A stretch of DNA of 64,000 nt, from contig CAVRJY010000002.1 in NCBI GenBank assembly GCA_963721805.1, forward strand, positions 384,001 through 448,000, in the 5' to 3' direction. A model generated the notes under the pieces. That model searched no databases. It was not told where the DNA came from and saw only the letters and a list, made by a program, of their open reading frames with translations. Shown one piece after another: positions 10,001 through 20,105 of this stretch. A program made the position numbers and the translations under genes. Source of the stretch: Nitrospirota bacterium. Its GTDB lineage: Bacteria > Nitrospirota > Thermodesulfovibrionia > Thermodesulfovibrionales > JdFR-86. How positions within the stretch are numbered: position 1 is the stretch's first letter; each line of letters starts with the position of its first letter.

Positions 10001-11500
10001 TATACCACTAGCAAATCCGTCAGCTTACGCCTGTATGCGACTGACAACGTACCGATCACGGGTTACTACAAGTCCAACTCGGCCACTCCTCCGGGCGCGA
10101 AGGCGAACTGGAAGTCCGTGACGCCGGCCACGATCATCAACACGACCGTAAGCCATAAGCTGGCCGGGACTGCTGGGACTAACACGGTCTACGTATGGTT
10201 CAAAGACAGCGCAGGGAGCATCTCGGCCGTGGCCTCCGATTCGATCATTTATGACAAGAGCGCGCCGGTCAACGGGACGGTGGCCGCTACGCCCGGCAAC
10301 GGGCTGGTGCAGCTTGCGTGGAGCGGGTACAGCGACGCGCTTAGTAATATAGCGGGCTACAAGATAGCCTTCGCAACCGGCAAAAAGGCCCCGAAGAACT
10401 GCTCGAATGCCCAGTTTACGACCACGGATACCTCGTACGCCCACACCGGGCTTACGATGGGCAAAAAATATTCTTATCGCGTCTGCGCGGTAAACGGCGC
10501 TGGCAAAGTCTCTAAGGGCGCCACTAAGAGCGCGACCGTGAAGGCCGACCTCGTGGGCACGTGGGTGATGCACGAGATCAACACCGACGGGATATCCAAC
10601 ACGATAGGCACTTGGTCGGGGGCCCAGTTCGCTGTGAACTCCGCAAGCGCGGTGGCATGCTCGAGCTATCGTGACGGCACCGGGGGTGCCAGCTGCAGCG
10701 CGTTTGAAGGCGGCTCGGGGCTGATGCTGAACCCCGACGGGACGCTCCACATCGCGGCCTCATCGGGCGGCGGGCTGATCAAGAAGACGAACAACATGAT
10801 GGCGTGGGTCGCGACGGACGGAAGCTCGGGGCTTGACATGATGCTGCTTACGAAACTCGGGGCGTCATACTCCATAGCGAACGCGGCCGGGACATGGGTT
10901 GGGTATGGCATAAACGCGGACCCCAACTATGCGAAGTGGTACGGTCTGGGGCAGATAATCAACTCTACAGGGGCCGCGGCGTGCACCGGGTATGCTGACA
11001 GCAACGGGGGCACGGACTGCGCGGACTGGGGCATAGGCAATTACCCCATCATGACGAACGGCGTCGTAAACGGCATCGTAAACGGCACAGGGGTGATGAA
11101 CGCAAACAAGGACGTGATGACGGTAGTGCGCAGCGCACCCACCGGGGGGTATGAGCTTGCGGTGCTGACGAAGGCCGGCGGGACGTTTGCGCAGGCAGAC
11201 ATGGCAGGGACCTGGATGGCGTACGGGATAAAGGTGAGCGCGGACGCGCCGCTGTGGTATTACGTCAAGCAGACGATAGACTCGCTCGGCAACGCGACGT
11301 GCGTTGCGTATCAGGACAGCGCCGGGGTGACGGACTGCGGGGGGTGGAACGGGCTTGCGTACCTGCTCGGCACTGACGGAGCGATCACGGGCCTGTCATC
11401 CGGCGGCGGGGTGATGAACCCCGGCAAGGACATGATGACATGGGTGACGGACGACGGCGCGGGCGGATACGACCTCATCATTTTTGAGAGGATGCAGTGA
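7037..11500 (+). CDS. Secreted M6 (immune inhibitor A-like) zinc metalloprotease with Cys-rich repeats, an FN3-like domain and C-terminal repeats
   Basis: Signal peptide; TQADGT...GDEW prodomain; HELGH...PDLYD...YSLMAAGSW; FLFENR; GGLAIWHVD; LEQADG. ATG 7037 chosen as start. Confidence 0.88.
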   Translation: MKSRPYLTRISLAVLILSAFLAYGTTAYCVPASPFSSEVTQADGTKVKVHIKGDEWQHHVETTGGFTIEKNDKDHNWYYVDHYDKGKPVLSNTPAHLGPPSGLRKGIRQDIQPQRLNLNAPSGSSLSLSVSGSSGTGSATVSASSSNLSPPVGSFNGKVLIILASFSNRAGTYSEAQFANYLTQISTYYNTVTYGNVKLSPATETYALNNGTANDGVVGWLNLGYNYPNTLSSNQTTANTAVQQIAHDAITAAEPYVDFASFDTNHDGYVDSTELAILIVVAGYEASYDNSTPAIWANTWNLGAYVPVVTVNGVTVGSGHNGLSYSEIGEMQGSHMATVGVSAHELGHEMFQYPDLYDTSGNTEGDGDYSLMAAGSWGTSNSDTYYGQTPVAIDAYLKRKSGWITPVAGASSVSLEAVGDTSANATNTAAIINTSASNEFFLFENRGDFGYDRGFERLIPGFTGGLAIWHVDTNKDTGSYAANNTVNTEACYPPNNCATTHYMLALEQADGHWDLENSTTTYLYDNRGDTGDLYPGSTNNTIFNSTSTPNSNMYSGASSGVHISAVSSPSSSITIHFNDNPVTTASATGYAFGAWSNSASVAVTLIANDLSGLGIAAGYPKYCVDSSNACTPSTSYSGALDVTCASGSACTQYVRYFAQDNDGDTESVKSSTVRQDLQAPATTPSATGYAFGNWSSSASISVTLSASDGAGSGVASGYPRYCIDSSNACTPSTPYSVALNVTCPAGGVCTQYVRYYAQDTQGNAEAVKSSTVNQDLQPPVTTATPSGYAFGSWGSSGSISITLSSDDGAGSGVASGYPRYCVDTANTCTPVTAYSVPFNVTCASGSLCTQYVRYFARDVASINEAVKSSVVKQDGQPPATSASSAGYTFGTISHSGSVGVTLAASDGAGSGVAAGYPVYCVDITNTCAPGTAYSGAISVTCAAGIACTQYARYYSVDNAGNAEATKSSAVIQTVPLEVGSVSINNGATYTTSKSVSLRLYATDNVPITGYYKSNSATPPGAKANWKSVTPATIINTTVSHKLAGTAGTNTVYVWFKDSAGSISAVASDSIIYDKSAPVNGTVAATPGNGLVQLAWSGYSDALSNIAGYKIAFATGKKAPKNCSNAQFTTTDTSYAHTGLTMGKKYSYRVCAVNGAGKVSKGATKSATVKADLVGTWVMHEINTDGISNTIGTWSGAQFAVNSASAVACSSYRDGTGGASCSAFEGGSGLMLNPDGTLHIAASSGGGLIKKTNNMMAWVATDGSSGLDMMLLTKLGASYSIANAAGTWVGYGINADPNYAKWYGLGQIINSTGAAACTGYADSNGGTDCADWGIGNYPIMTNGVVNGIVNGTGVMNANKDVMTVVRSAPTGGYELAVLTKAGGTFAQADMAGTWMAYGIKVSADAPLWYYVKQTIDSLGNATCVAYQDSAGVTDCGGWNGLAYLLGTDGAITGLSSGGGVMNPGKDMMTWVTDDGAGGYDLIIFERMQ
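8777..9960 (+). repeat. Four in-frame tandem 297-bp (99 aa) repeats inside the protease gene
   Basis: Units start at 8777, 9074, 9371 and 9668; each has GYPxYC(V/I)D...CxP...VTC...CTQY(V/A)RY. Confidence 0.9.
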
Positions 11501-11528
11501 GGCGCGCCGCCTGTCGCCGCAGGGACAT

Positions 11529-11879
11529 ATGAGCCTTAAAAGAATGACCACGCGGAGGCGGCTTTATCTGATCGCCGCGTTCGTCCTTCTGGCAGGCCTG
11601 GGCAGCGCCGCCGCAGTTTATCTCACCGCGGGCAGCGACCAGCTTAACGCCCTGGGGTACGAGATCAGAGGCGGAGAGATATACAGCCTCCAGCCGGACA
11701 AGATGTATATCCATAACCTCGAGGTCTATGGCGGGAAGATGGCCGTGCTCGCCGACGAGCTCTCGCGCTGGCTCGCGAGGCTCTGGCACGGCAGGCCTCT
11801 GGCAGCGACCATAGCGTGCATCACCATCGCCGTATCCTCCTGCCTCGTATTCGCCGCAACCCGAACCCGTGACTCGTAA
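11529..11879 (+). CDS. Small two-TM membrane protein, unknown function
   Basis: Two hydrophobic segments, GGGA RBS, host-like codon usage. Confidence 0.6.
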   Translation: MSLKRMTTRRRLYLIAAFVLLAGLGSAAAVYLTAGSDQLNALGYEIRGGEIYSLQPDKMYIHNLEVYGGKMAVLADELSRWLARLWHGRPLAATIACITIAVSSCLVFAATRTRDS

Positions 11880-11974
11880 AATCGTCCGCCCCGTTGCTGA
11901 AGGCCTTTGAGCGGGTAGCGCCCGTGGCGCCCGCCCGTTGACATCGCCCTCGGCCGAGTTTTAACATATTAGCC

Positions 11975-12889
11975 ATGGTACCTAAGACAAAGATGATATG
12001 GATGGACGGGAAGCTGGTCCCCTGGGACGAGGCGACGGTGCACGTGCTGACGCACTCGCTGCACTACGGGCTCGCGGTCTTTGAGGGCATACGCTGCTAC
12101 AAGACCCCGAAGGGCTCTGCCGTATTCCGCCTGAGGGAACACATCGAGCGCCTGGTGAACTCCGGCAGGATATTCATGATGGAGATCCCCTTCAGCGTGG
12201 ACCAGATCTGCGAGGCGGTGCTCGAGACGATACGCGTCAACAAGCTCGATGAGTGCTACATCCGCCCGATAGCCTATATCGGCCTGGGCGCGATGGGCCT
12301 CAACCCGAGGAACAACCCGATCAAGCTCTCGATCTCGGTCTGGCCCTGGGGGGCATACCTCGGCGAGGACGGGATCACCAAGGGCATCCGCGTGAAGACC
12401 TCCTCGTTCATCCGCGCGCACGTCAATACCAACATGACGATGGGCAAGGTCAGCGGCTATTACGTGAACTCGCAGCTGGCCAAGATGGAGGCCCTAGCGT
12501 GCGGCTACGACGAGGCCGTGCTCCTGGACACCGAGGGCTACGTCTCGGAGGGCTCGGGCGAGAACGTGTTCATCGTGCGCGGCGGCAAGCTCAAGACCAC
12601 CCCGCTTACGAGCATACTTGAGGGCATCACGCGCGACTCTGTCATGACCATAGCGCACGACAACGGGATCGCCACGCGCGAGGACCGCTTCACGCGCGAC
12701 GAGGTCTATATCGCCGAGGAGGCGTTCTTCACCGGCACCGCGGCCGAGGTCACGCCGATACGCGAGCTCGACGGCCGCAAAATAGGGACCGGCTCGCGCG
12801 GCCCTGTGACCGAAAAGCTCCAGTCCGCATACTTCGACGCCGTTCACGGCAAGACGAAAAAATATTCCGGGTGGCTCACTAAGCTCTAG
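11975..12889 (+). CDS. ilvE: Branched-chain amino acid aminotransferase
   Basis: [35 protein letters not shown]; upstream TTGACA-18-TAACAT. Confidence 0.97.
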   Translation: MVPKTKMIWMDGKLVPWDEATVHVLTHSLHYGLAVFEGIRCYKTPKGSAVFRLREHIERLVNSGRIFMMEIPFSVDQICEAVLETIRVNKLDECYIRPIAYIGLGAMGLNPRNNPIKLSISVWPWGAYLGEDGITKGIRVKTSSFIRAHVNTNMTMGKVSGYYVNSQLAKMEALACGYDEAVLLDTEGYVSEGSGENVFIVRGGKLKTTPLTSILEGITRDSVMTIAHDNGIATREDRFTRDEVYIAEEAFFTGTAAEVTPIRELDGRKIGTGSRGPVTEKLQSAYFDAVHGKTKKYSGWLTKL

Positions 12890-12940
12890 GGGGCAGCGCC
12901 CCCGCGCAAATATTCGCGGTGCTAAAGCACCGCTCACTTA

Positions 12941-12968
12941 AAAGGGGCCGATAGGCCCCTTTCCTTTT
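12941..12968 (+). terminator. Rho-independent terminator after ilvE
   Basis: AAAGGGGCC-GATA-GGCCCCTTT followed by a T-rich tail. Confidence 0.75.
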
Positions 12969-13058
12969 GTTTGTAACTCTTATCAAAGATTTTGACCGCT
13001 CGCACGATTATGCGGAGGAAACTTAAAGCGCGAGAAATCGTGTCAGACAAGGCAGGGC

Positions 13059-14153
13059 CGCGGATTGTAATGTGAAGTGCAACACCTGTGAAAGAAAAAG
13101 CCCATCGTCATCCTGTTCTGTTAGAGTCAAGTACCAACCAGACGAAACAGAGAGGGAGGGACGATGGGCTACAGTCATTTTAGCATTGATGAGCGGGAGG
13201 GCATCGCAAGGATGCGTTATGCGGGGGTGAGCATACGTGAGATCGGGCGCCAGCTTGGCCGCTCGCCATCGAGCGTGAGCCGGGAGCTGCGGCGCAACAC
13301 GAAGAAGTCTTTCTATGGCGCGCACGCCGCAACCGTGCTCTATGTCCGCCGAAGGCATTTTGCGAGCAGACGCCTGAAGCGCTGGCCGGACGGCCTGATC
13401 GGCTATGCGATGGCGGGACTTTGCAGGCGTTGGTCGCCGGAGCAGGTGTCGGGCCGCCTTAAGCTTGACCATCCACATAGCACAGAGATGCGGATATCCT
13501 TTGCCACGCTATACAGATGGATACGGCAGGACAGGGCGATGGGGGGCTCGATGCATCGCATGCTGAGGCGTAAGGGAAGGAGCTACAGAAAAGCCCGGGG
13601 GCCTGAGACCAGGGGCCGGTTCAATGGGGCGTTGAGCATCAGGCAGCGCCCCGAGATCGTGGTCCGGAAGGGACGCTTCGGGGATTGGGAGGCGGATACC
13701 GTCTACGGGTTCGACGGGAAAACGTGCATCGCAACGTTTAACGAGCGCAAGAGCCTCTACCTTATATCGAGGAAGATGCCGAGGCCCGGCTCGGAGGCGT
13801 TGAGGGAGGCCGCCGTATCGGCGCTGGGAGGCCTGCGGCAGGGCATGCGTATGACCATGACCGTGGACAGGGGCAGCGAGTTTGCATGCTACAGGGACTT
13901 AAAATACATGATGGGGATCGACGTATACTTCGCCGACCCCTATTGCTCATGGCAGCGCGGCCAGAACGAAAACCTCAACGGGCTGCTGCGGCAGTACTTT
14001 CCGAAGGGGATCGACTTCAACACAGTAACGCAGGAGCAGCTGGATCGCGTCGTTGATGAGATTAACAACAGACCAAGAAAAACGCTGGACTACAGGGCAC
14101 CCGCCGAGGTTGCGGCAAATGCGCGCCTGTTGCACTTGGCTTGACAATCCACT
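13059..14153 (+). mobile_element. IS30-family insertion sequence, 1095 bp
   Basis: 26-bp imperfect terminal IRs (CGCGGATTGTAATGTGAAGTGCAACA / TGTTGCACTTGGCTTGACAATCCACT); 2-bp GC target duplication at 13057-58 and 14154-55. Confidence 0.93.
13164..14144 (+). CDS. IS30-family DDE transposase
   Basis: HTH IGRQLGRSPSSVSRELRRN, WSPEQV, GDWEADT, TVDRGSEF, WQRGQNENLNGLLRQYFPKG. Confidence 0.97.
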   Translation: MGYSHFSIDEREGIARMRYAGVSIREIGRQLGRSPSSVSRELRRNTKKSFYGAHAATVLYVRRRHFASRRLKRWPDGLIGYAMAGLCRRWSPEQVSGRLKLDHPHSTEMRISFATLYRWIRQDRAMGGSMHRMLRRKGRSYRKARGPETRGRFNGALSIRQRPEIVVRKGRFGDWEADTVYGFDGKTCIATFNERKSLYLISRKMPRPGSEALREAAVSALGGLRQGMRMTMTVDRGSEFACYRDLKYMMGIDVYFADPYCSWQRGQNENLNGLLRQYFPKGIDFNTVTQEQLDRVVDEINNRPRKTLDYRAPAEVAANARLLHLA

Positions 14154-14268
14154 GCGAGAAGACCGCCCGACGGTGTACTGAGATGTACTCCGAGGGCGTG
14201 TCTTTGAAGCACTGACGCAGTATCACGCGCATTTCGCACGCTTTGAAAAAGGATACCGCAACCGCACG

Positions 14269-15921
14269 CTAAATTTTGAATCCTTCCATGGTGGTTTTTA
14301 AGGTGTGGGCCGTCGTTGAAAGCTCCGACGCCGACTGCGCTATCTGCACCGTGCCTGACGACACCTCGCGCGACGAATCCGCTATGCTCGATACGTCGGT
14401 GCCTATCGTCCCGGCGACCGAGGACATCTCCTCGGTGGCCGAGGCTATCTGCTGCACGAGCCCCTGCAGGTCGCTGATGCTCGATACGATATGCTTAAGC
14501 TGCTGTCCGGCCTTTATCGACAGCTCTACGCCCGTGTCGACCTTCGTGATAGCGCCCTTCATCGAGCCGACCGACTCGTCGACCTCGCGCTGGATCGAGG
14601 CGATCATGCCGCCGATCTCCGAGGTCGCGCGCGCGGTGCGCTCGGCGAGCTTCCTTACCTCGTCCGCGACGACCGCGAAGCCGCGGCCCTGCTCCCCCGC
14701 GCGCGCTGCCTCGATGGCCGCGTTTAATGCCAGCAGGTTCGTCTGGTCTGCGATGTCGTTGATGACCTTGACGATCTCGCCGATCTGCTTCGAGCGCTCG
14801 TGCAGCGAGCCGATCACCTTCGAGGTGCCGCTTACGGCGGTCGCGATCTCCCTTATCTCTTTGACCGAGGCCTCGACTATGTGGTCGCCCTCCCGGGCCT
14901 GGTTGACGGTATTTTCGGCGCTCTCGGCGATGCCCGATGCGTTGTGCGCCACGTCCATCACGGTCTGCGTGAGCTGCTCGGCGGCGGTCGCTATCTGCTG
15001 TGAGCGCCCGGACTGGTCGTGCGACGTCGCGGATATCTCCTCGGAGCTGGAGCTGAGCTGGGTGCTGGCCGAGGCCATGGTATCGGAGGCTGACTTGATC
15101 TGGCCGAGCACGCCCCTGAGCTTCCCGGTCATATGCATCATCGCGCGCACGAGCTGGCTGATCTCGTCAGTGCCGGTAGAGTCGATCCTCACGGTGAGGT
15201 TGCCCTCCGCTATCAGCTCGGCGGCGGCTACGCTGGCGTGCAGGGGCTTCACTATGCCGCGCGTGAGCACCGCTGCCGTGACGATAGCGATTATTATTAT
15301 CAGCGCCGCCATCACGCCCAGGGCTACGAGCGACCTGCGGTAGCTTGCCTGCGCGTTATTGAAGCCCAGGTCGCTCATCTCTCGCTCGAAGTCCGAGAGG
15401 CCCTGCAGGGTGTCGATGAGATCGCCCACGGCCGGAGCGGCCTCGTCGTTTAAGAGCGCGGCGGCCTCCCTGGTGTTGCCGGAGCGGCAGAGCTCGATCA
15501 CCTGGTTGTTGAGCGGCCCGGCCTTGAGCTGCTCTTCCCTGACCTTCGCGATAATGGCCTCGGCCCTGCTTTTCGCCCCTGCCAGAGACTTGTCGTTCGA
15601 GACAAGCCCGAGGGCCTCGAGCTTATCGAAATTCTTGTTGTATACGGCCCGCCGGGCCGCTATCCTCTGGATGCCGGCCTCGACGCCGGCGGGATCGGGA
15701 TTCAGCACGAGGTCGCGGATCATCACCGCGACGTCCCTGATCACCGAGGTCATCTCGGTGACCGCCCGGACCCGGTCGTTGTTCACCGTTACGATGGCGT
15801 CGAGGTCTTTGTGGATACTGCGAATCCCATGGACTCCCACCGCTATGAGCGCGAACATAAGCACAACGAGCAGCGCGAATCCAGCGCTGAGCCTATAGCC
15901 GATCTTCATCCGTTGCAGCAT
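14269..15921 (-). CDS. Methyl-accepting chemotaxis protein (4HB sensor, HAMP)
   Basis: [38 protein letters not shown]; two TMs; ATG 15921 chosen as start. Confidence 0.95.
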   Translation of the reverse strand: MLQRMKIGYRLSAGFALLVVLMFALIAVGVHGIRSIHKDLDAIVTVNNDRVRAVTEMTSVIRDVAVMIRDLVLNPDPAGVEAGIQRIAARRAVYNKNFDKLEALGLVSNDKSLAGAKSRAEAIIAKVREEQLKAGPLNNQVIELCRSGNTREAAALLNDEAAPAVGDLIDTLQGLSDFEREMSDLGFNNAQASYRRSLVALGVMAALIIIIAIVTAAVLTRGIVKPLHASVAAAELIAEGNLTVRIDSTGTDEISQLVRAMMHMTGKLRGVLGQIKSASDTMASASTQLSSSSEEISATSHDQSGRSQQIATAAEQLTQTVMDVAHNASGIAESAENTVNQAREGDHIVEASVKEIREIATAVSGTSKVIGSLHERSKQIGEIVKVINDIADQTNLLALNAAIEAARAGEQGRGFAVVADEVRKLAERTARATSEIGGMIASIQREVDESVGSMKGAITKVDTGVELSIKAGQQLKHIVSSISDLQGLVQQIASATEEMSSVAGTIGTDVSSIADSSREVSSGTVQIAQSASELSTTAHTLKTTMEGFKI

Positions 15922-15955
15922 CGTGCCCCCCCGGCCGCTGTCATTAGTTAACTGT

Positions 15956-15984
15956 ATGTTAGAGCGCAGAACGTTGGATGTCAA
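15956..15984 (-). promoter_or_regulatory. Putative sigma-70 promoter of the MCP gene
   Basis: Minus-strand TTGACA-17 bp-TAACAT. Confidence 0.55.
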
Positions 15985-16127
15985 TAGATTGTTCGGAAGC
16001 GGGCGGCCGCACCCTCTCCCCCCCCGCTCCGAATCAGTGCATTCGGCCGCTTAGGGCTATCCATGAGCCGTGCGCTCCCGGGGGCGTTGCTTATTTATGT
16101 TATAACGGGCTTATTTCACGCGCGCAT

Positions 16128-17270
16128 ATGATAGAATTATCGATGTTTTCAGGCGGGCTCAGGAGGCTGAAAGACGCGGGACTGCTGCGGACGCTCACGG
16201 AGCGGGCCTCGGCGCAGGGGCCGCACATAACCGCAGGCGGACGCGAGCTCATAAACTTCGCATCCAACGACTACCTTGGCCTCGCCTCGGACCCGAGGCT
16301 CATCGATGCAGCATGCAGGGCGGCCGAGCGCTATGGCTTCGGCGCGGGGGCATCGAGGCTGCTTGGCGGCGGCACACCCGCGCACGCACAGTGCGAGCGC
16401 CGCGCCGCGCGGCTTAAGGGCTCGGAGGCCGCGCTGCTGTTCGGCTCGGGCTACGAGGCCAACACCGGAGCGATACCGGCCCTCGCGGCCGGCGAGATAT
16501 TCAGCGACGAGCTCAATCACGCGAGCATCATCGACGGCTGCCGCCTCGCGCGTGGCCGCACGCATATCTACCGCCACCGTGACATGGGACACCTGGCCGA
16601 GCTGCTGTCCTCATCTGGCGCAGCCAGAAAGCTCGTAGTGACCGATACGGTCTTCAGCATGAGCGGCGAGATCGCGCCTGTACGGGAACTCTGCGCGCTA
16701 TGCGAGCTGCATGGCGCGGTGCTGTATCTGGACGACGCGCACGCAACCGGGGTGCTCGGCGCCGGGGCGCTCGCCCACTTCGGGCTGCGCGCCCAAGACT
16801 GGGTCGTGCAGATGTCGACCTGCTCCAAGGCCCTCGGCGGGCAGGGTGCGTTCGTCGCTGCATCGGCTGATACCGTAAGCTGGCTGGTAAACTCGGCCCG
16901 CAGCTTCATCTACTCGACAGCGCCATCGCCCGCGGCGGCGGCAGCGGCACTGGCCGCGATAGAAATTTTAATGTCTGCCGAGGGCGAGCGCCTGATGGAA
17001 AGGCTCCATGACAACCGCGGTGCGCTGACAGACAAGCTGCAACGGGCTGGCATAAGCGCCGCCTCAGCCGGGACGCCGATAATACCGGTCTTCATAGGAG
17101 GCATCGAGCGGACAGTGGCTGCAGCCGCGGCCCTTATGGAGCGCGGGATATACGCCCCCGCGATCCGGCCCCCGACCGTTGCCGCGCCGATGATACGCCT
17201 GACCGTCACCGCGGCGCACTCCTCCGGGGATATCGATACCCTCGTCCGCGCGCTGGGCGAGACTCTATAG
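16128..17270 (+). CDS. bioF: 8-amino-7-oxononanoate synthase
   Basis: FASNDYLGL, GASRL, DELNHASIIDG, DDAH, TCSKALG, AIRPPTV; start 16128 or 16143. Confidence 0.9.
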   Translation: MIELSMFSGGLRRLKDAGLLRTLTERASAQGPHITAGGRELINFASNDYLGLASDPRLIDAACRAAERYGFGAGASRLLGGGTPAHAQCERRAARLKGSEAALLFGSGYEANTGAIPALAAGEIFSDELNHASIIDGCRLARGRTHIYRHRDMGHLAELLSSSGAARKLVVTDTVFSMSGEIAPVRELCALCELHGAVLYLDDAHATGVLGAGALAHFGLRAQDWVVQMSTCSKALGGQGAFVAASADTVSWLVNSARSFIYSTAPSPAAAAAALAAIEILMSAEGERLMERLHDNRGALTDKLQRAGISAASAGTPIIPVFIGGIERTVAAAAALMERGIYAPAIRPPTVAAPMIRLTVTAAHSSGDIDTLVRALGETL

Positions 17271-17480
17271 CGCCGCGAGCCTGGCTTCGACCTCTGCGAT
17301 CTCGGCCCTGAGGTCCGAGAGCGTCTCTTCGTCGGTCGCGACCTGCCCGGCGTTTATGTGCGCCCTCGTGTGCGTGAAGTTAAACTCAATCGTCTCCTGG
17401 ATGTCCTCGAGGTCGAGCCTCAGCCTCCTGAGCGCCTCCTCGAGCCCCGCCCTGTCCATCGACGCGTAATCCCTGGCCAT
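17265..17480 (-). CDS. Small hypothetical protein, coiled-coil-like
   Basis: 71 aa, GGAGGG RBS, host-like codon usage. Confidence 0.6.
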   Translation of the reverse strand: MARDYASMDRAGLEEALRRLRLDLEDIQETIEFNFTHTRAHINAGQVATDEETLSDLRAEIAEVEARLAAL

Positions 17481-17611
17481 CGAGCCCTCCGTGAAATCGT
17501 TGTTTTCTAATTATAGCTCAAACAATCCGGGTGCCTTTGTCCCTGTTTTTTGTTAATATAACTAACCATATGTATTACGCCTTAAAAACCATAAACAGCA
17601 AGTAAGGGGAA

Positions 17612-19045
17612 ATGGGCAGGAAACTCTTCATACTGGCCGCACTCGTGGCCGTGGGCGTCATGCTCGGGTTCGCGGCCGTGCGGTATAAAGACTACGTGCT
17701 GCCACTGCTGGGCATGCACGCCAAGGATACCGCTGCGCTGGCGGTCAGGGAGCCCTCCGCGGCCGTCAACCCGCTTCGCGGCGGGTCTGACTTCGCCTCG
17801 CTCGTCCAATCTATCTCCCCCTCCGTGGTCTCGATTTCGGCCAGCGGGGGCGGGACGGACTACTCCAGGGGCGCAACGTACGAGGAACTCGGCGCTGGCA
17901 TCATAGTCTCGGCCGAGGGCCATGTCGCGACGAGCGCGCACCTCGTCTCGGGGGCCGAGAGCATTACGGTAACGCTCGGCGACCGGCGGTCGTTCAGCGC
18001 CCGCGTGGTCGGGCTCGACAGCCTGACCGACCTCGCGGTGGTCAGGATCGACGCCCCTGCCGGGCTTATGCGGCTTGCATGGGCGGACTCTGACCGGGCG
18101 CGCGCCGGGGATTTCGTGCTTGCGGTCGGCAACCCCTTCGGGCTCGAGCATTCCGTGACGCTCGGGATAGTGAGCGCGCGCGGACGGGCGAGGATAGGGC
18201 AGCTTGACGAGGAGTTCATCCAGACCGACGCGGCTATAAACCCGGGCAACTCCGGCGGCCCGCTGCTGGATAGCTCCGGCGCGGTCCTGGGCGTAGTGAC
18301 CGGGGCATACCCTCAGTCCGGCACGTATCCGGGCATAGGGTTCGCGGTGCCGTCCAATACCGCCCGGCCTGTGATCGAGGCGCTCATGCGCGACGGCCGC
18401 GTGCGGCGCGGCTGGATAGGGGCTGCGTCCGAGGACATGACGCCGGAGCTCGCGGCCGCCTTCGGGTATAAGGGTGACGATGCCGCGGGCGCGGTGCTCA
18501 CGGACGTGGCACCCGGCGGCCCGGCCGAGCGGGCGGGGCTTAAGCGCGGGGATATCATAATCGAGTTTGGAGGTCATAAGGTCGAGTCCTCATCCTCTTT
18601 GGGCGGGCTCGTTGCGCTGACGCCTCCGGGCGAGAAGCGGCAGGTAACGCTCTTCCGCTCTGGGCGCAAGTGGGGCACGGCTCTCGATGTGGCCGAATCG
18701 CCCGAGAGCACCGCAGCGGAGCACAGGGCACCGCCCCCATCCGCTAACGCCCCGACAGGGCCGTTCTGGGGCCTGGGGGCCTCGGCGCTCACCGAGGACA
18801 TCTCGCGGCAGCTCGGCCTCAGGTCGGCGGACCGGTACGGCGTCGTGGTCGCCTCCGTGGCCGAGGGCTCACCCGCCAGCCGCGCCGGGATCAGGCGCGG
18901 CGACGTGATCCAGAGCATCGGCGGACGCCGCATCAATACTCCTTCGGAGTTCAGCCGCGTGGCGGGCGGGCAGAGGGCGTCCTCGCTGGTGTTCGTCAAC
19001 AGGGGCTCCGCCGGGATGTTTTATGCGATCTTATCCGCCCGCTGA
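17612..19045 (+). CDS. HtrA/DegP/DegQ serine protease with two PDZ domains
   Basis: SAHLV, TDLAV, IQTDAAINPGNSGGPL; two PDZ-like repeats. Confidence 0.93.
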   Translation: MGRKLFILAALVAVGVMLGFAAVRYKDYVLPLLGMHAKDTAALAVREPSAAVNPLRGGSDFASLVQSISPSVVSISASGGGTDYSRGATYEELGAGIIVSAEGHVATSAHLVSGAESITVTLGDRRSFSARVVGLDSLTDLAVVRIDAPAGLMRLAWADSDRARAGDFVLAVGNPFGLEHSVTLGIVSARGRARIGQLDEEFIQTDAAINPGNSGGPLLDSSGAVLGVVTGAYPQSGTYPGIGFAVPSNTARPVIEALMRDGRVRRGWIGAASEDMTPELAAAFGYKGDDAAGAVLTDVAPGGPAERAGLKRGDIIIEFGGHKVESSSSLGGLVALTPPGEKRQVTLFRSGRKWGTALDVAESPESTAAEHRAPPPSANAPTGPFWGLGASALTEDISRQLGLRSADRYGVVVASVAEGSPASRAGIRRGDVIQSIGGRRINTPSEFSRVAGGQRASSLVFVNRGSAGMFYAILSAR

Positions 19046-19094
19046 CGGGCGGCGTTATCATATTTTTCATACATAGGAAAGGGGGGACGCAATC

Positions 19095-20096
19095 ATGCTG
19101 ATGGGATTTCGGATTTTGGTGCTTGCCGCGGCCGTCGTGGCCGGGCTTTACATGGGACGCAGGATGGACCAGCCCGCCGTGGGTGCGATGCTCGGGGGAC
19201 TGGCCGGGATACTCGCGATACTGTTTGAGTGGAGGCTCAAGAAACTCCCGCTGGGCTCGATAGTGGGCGGGGTGCTCGGGCTCGCAACAGGCGTCGGCAC
19301 CGCGGCGCTCTTCATGCTCCCGATCAAGGGGCTGCTCGGGATGGACGCGGCCGCTGTGTCGTTCCTGCTCGGGAGCCTGCTCGGTTACGGCGGGCTCCTG
19401 TTCGGCATAAGCAGGGGCGAGAGGCTGAGCTTCAACTCCATGCTCAGGCTGGCCAAGGGGCAGGGGCCGGAGCTGTACCTCAAGCTCCTCGACACGAGCG
19501 TGATCATCGACGGCCGCATAGCGGACGTCTGCGAGACCGGGTTTCTGGACGGCGTCTTCGTAGTGCCGCAGTTCATCCTGCACGAGCTTCAGTACGTGGC
19601 CGACTCCCCTGACCCGCAGAAGCGCTCGCGCGGCAGGCGCGGCCTCGACATCCTGCACCGCATCCAGAAGATGGCCCACATCACGGTGAAGATCGTCGAG
19701 GACGACTTCCCGAAGATCCGCGAGGTCGACGCCAAGCTCGTAGCGCTCGCCAAGACGCTCGACGCCAAGATCATCACGAACGACTTCAACCTCAACAAGG
19801 TCGCGGAGCTCCAGGGCGTCTCGGTGCTGAACGTCAACGAGCTCGCCAACTCGCTCAAGCCGGTCGTGCTCCCAGGCGAGGCCCTGCGCGTCTTCATCCT
19901 CAAGGAGGGCAAGGAGCAGAACCAGGGCGTGGCGTACCTCGAGGACGGCACCATGGTGGTCGTCGAAAACGGCAGGAAGCTGATCGGCAAGAACGTCGCG
20001 GTCGCGGTGACCAGCGTGCTCCAGACCACGGCCGGGCGCATGATCTTCACCAAGACGCGCGAGGACTACGACCGCGACGGCGGACAGCGCGAATGA
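19095..20096 (+). CDS. PIN/TRAM domain membrane protein, YacL-like
   Basis: LLDTSVIIDGRI, RGRRGLDIL, TNDFNLNKVA, YLEDGTMVVVE; upstream of ispD. Confidence 0.93.
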   Translation: MLMGFRILVLAAAVVAGLYMGRRMDQPAVGAMLGGLAGILAILFEWRLKKLPLGSIVGGVLGLATGVGTAALFMLPIKGLLGMDAAAVSFLLGSLLGYGGLLFGISRGERLSFNSMLRLAKGQGPELYLKLLDTSVIIDGRIADVCETGFLDGVFVVPQFILHELQYVADSPDPQKRSRGRRGLDILHRIQKMAHITVKIVEDDFPKIREVDAKLVALAKTLDAKIITNDFNLNKVAELQGVSVLNVNELANSLKPVVLPGEALRVFILKEGKEQNQGVAYLEDGTMVVVENGRKLIGKNVAVAVTSVLQTTAGRMIFTKTREDYDRDGGQRE

Positions 20097-20105
20097 GGGC
20101 TGCTG

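Larger units (their letters stand above)
12992..14252 (-). repeat. Palindromic intergenic repeat, copy A, split by IS30
   Basis: 13025-13058 joined to 14156-14244 reconstitutes a sequence matching the copies at 21320, 23160 and 50189. Confidence 0.9.
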
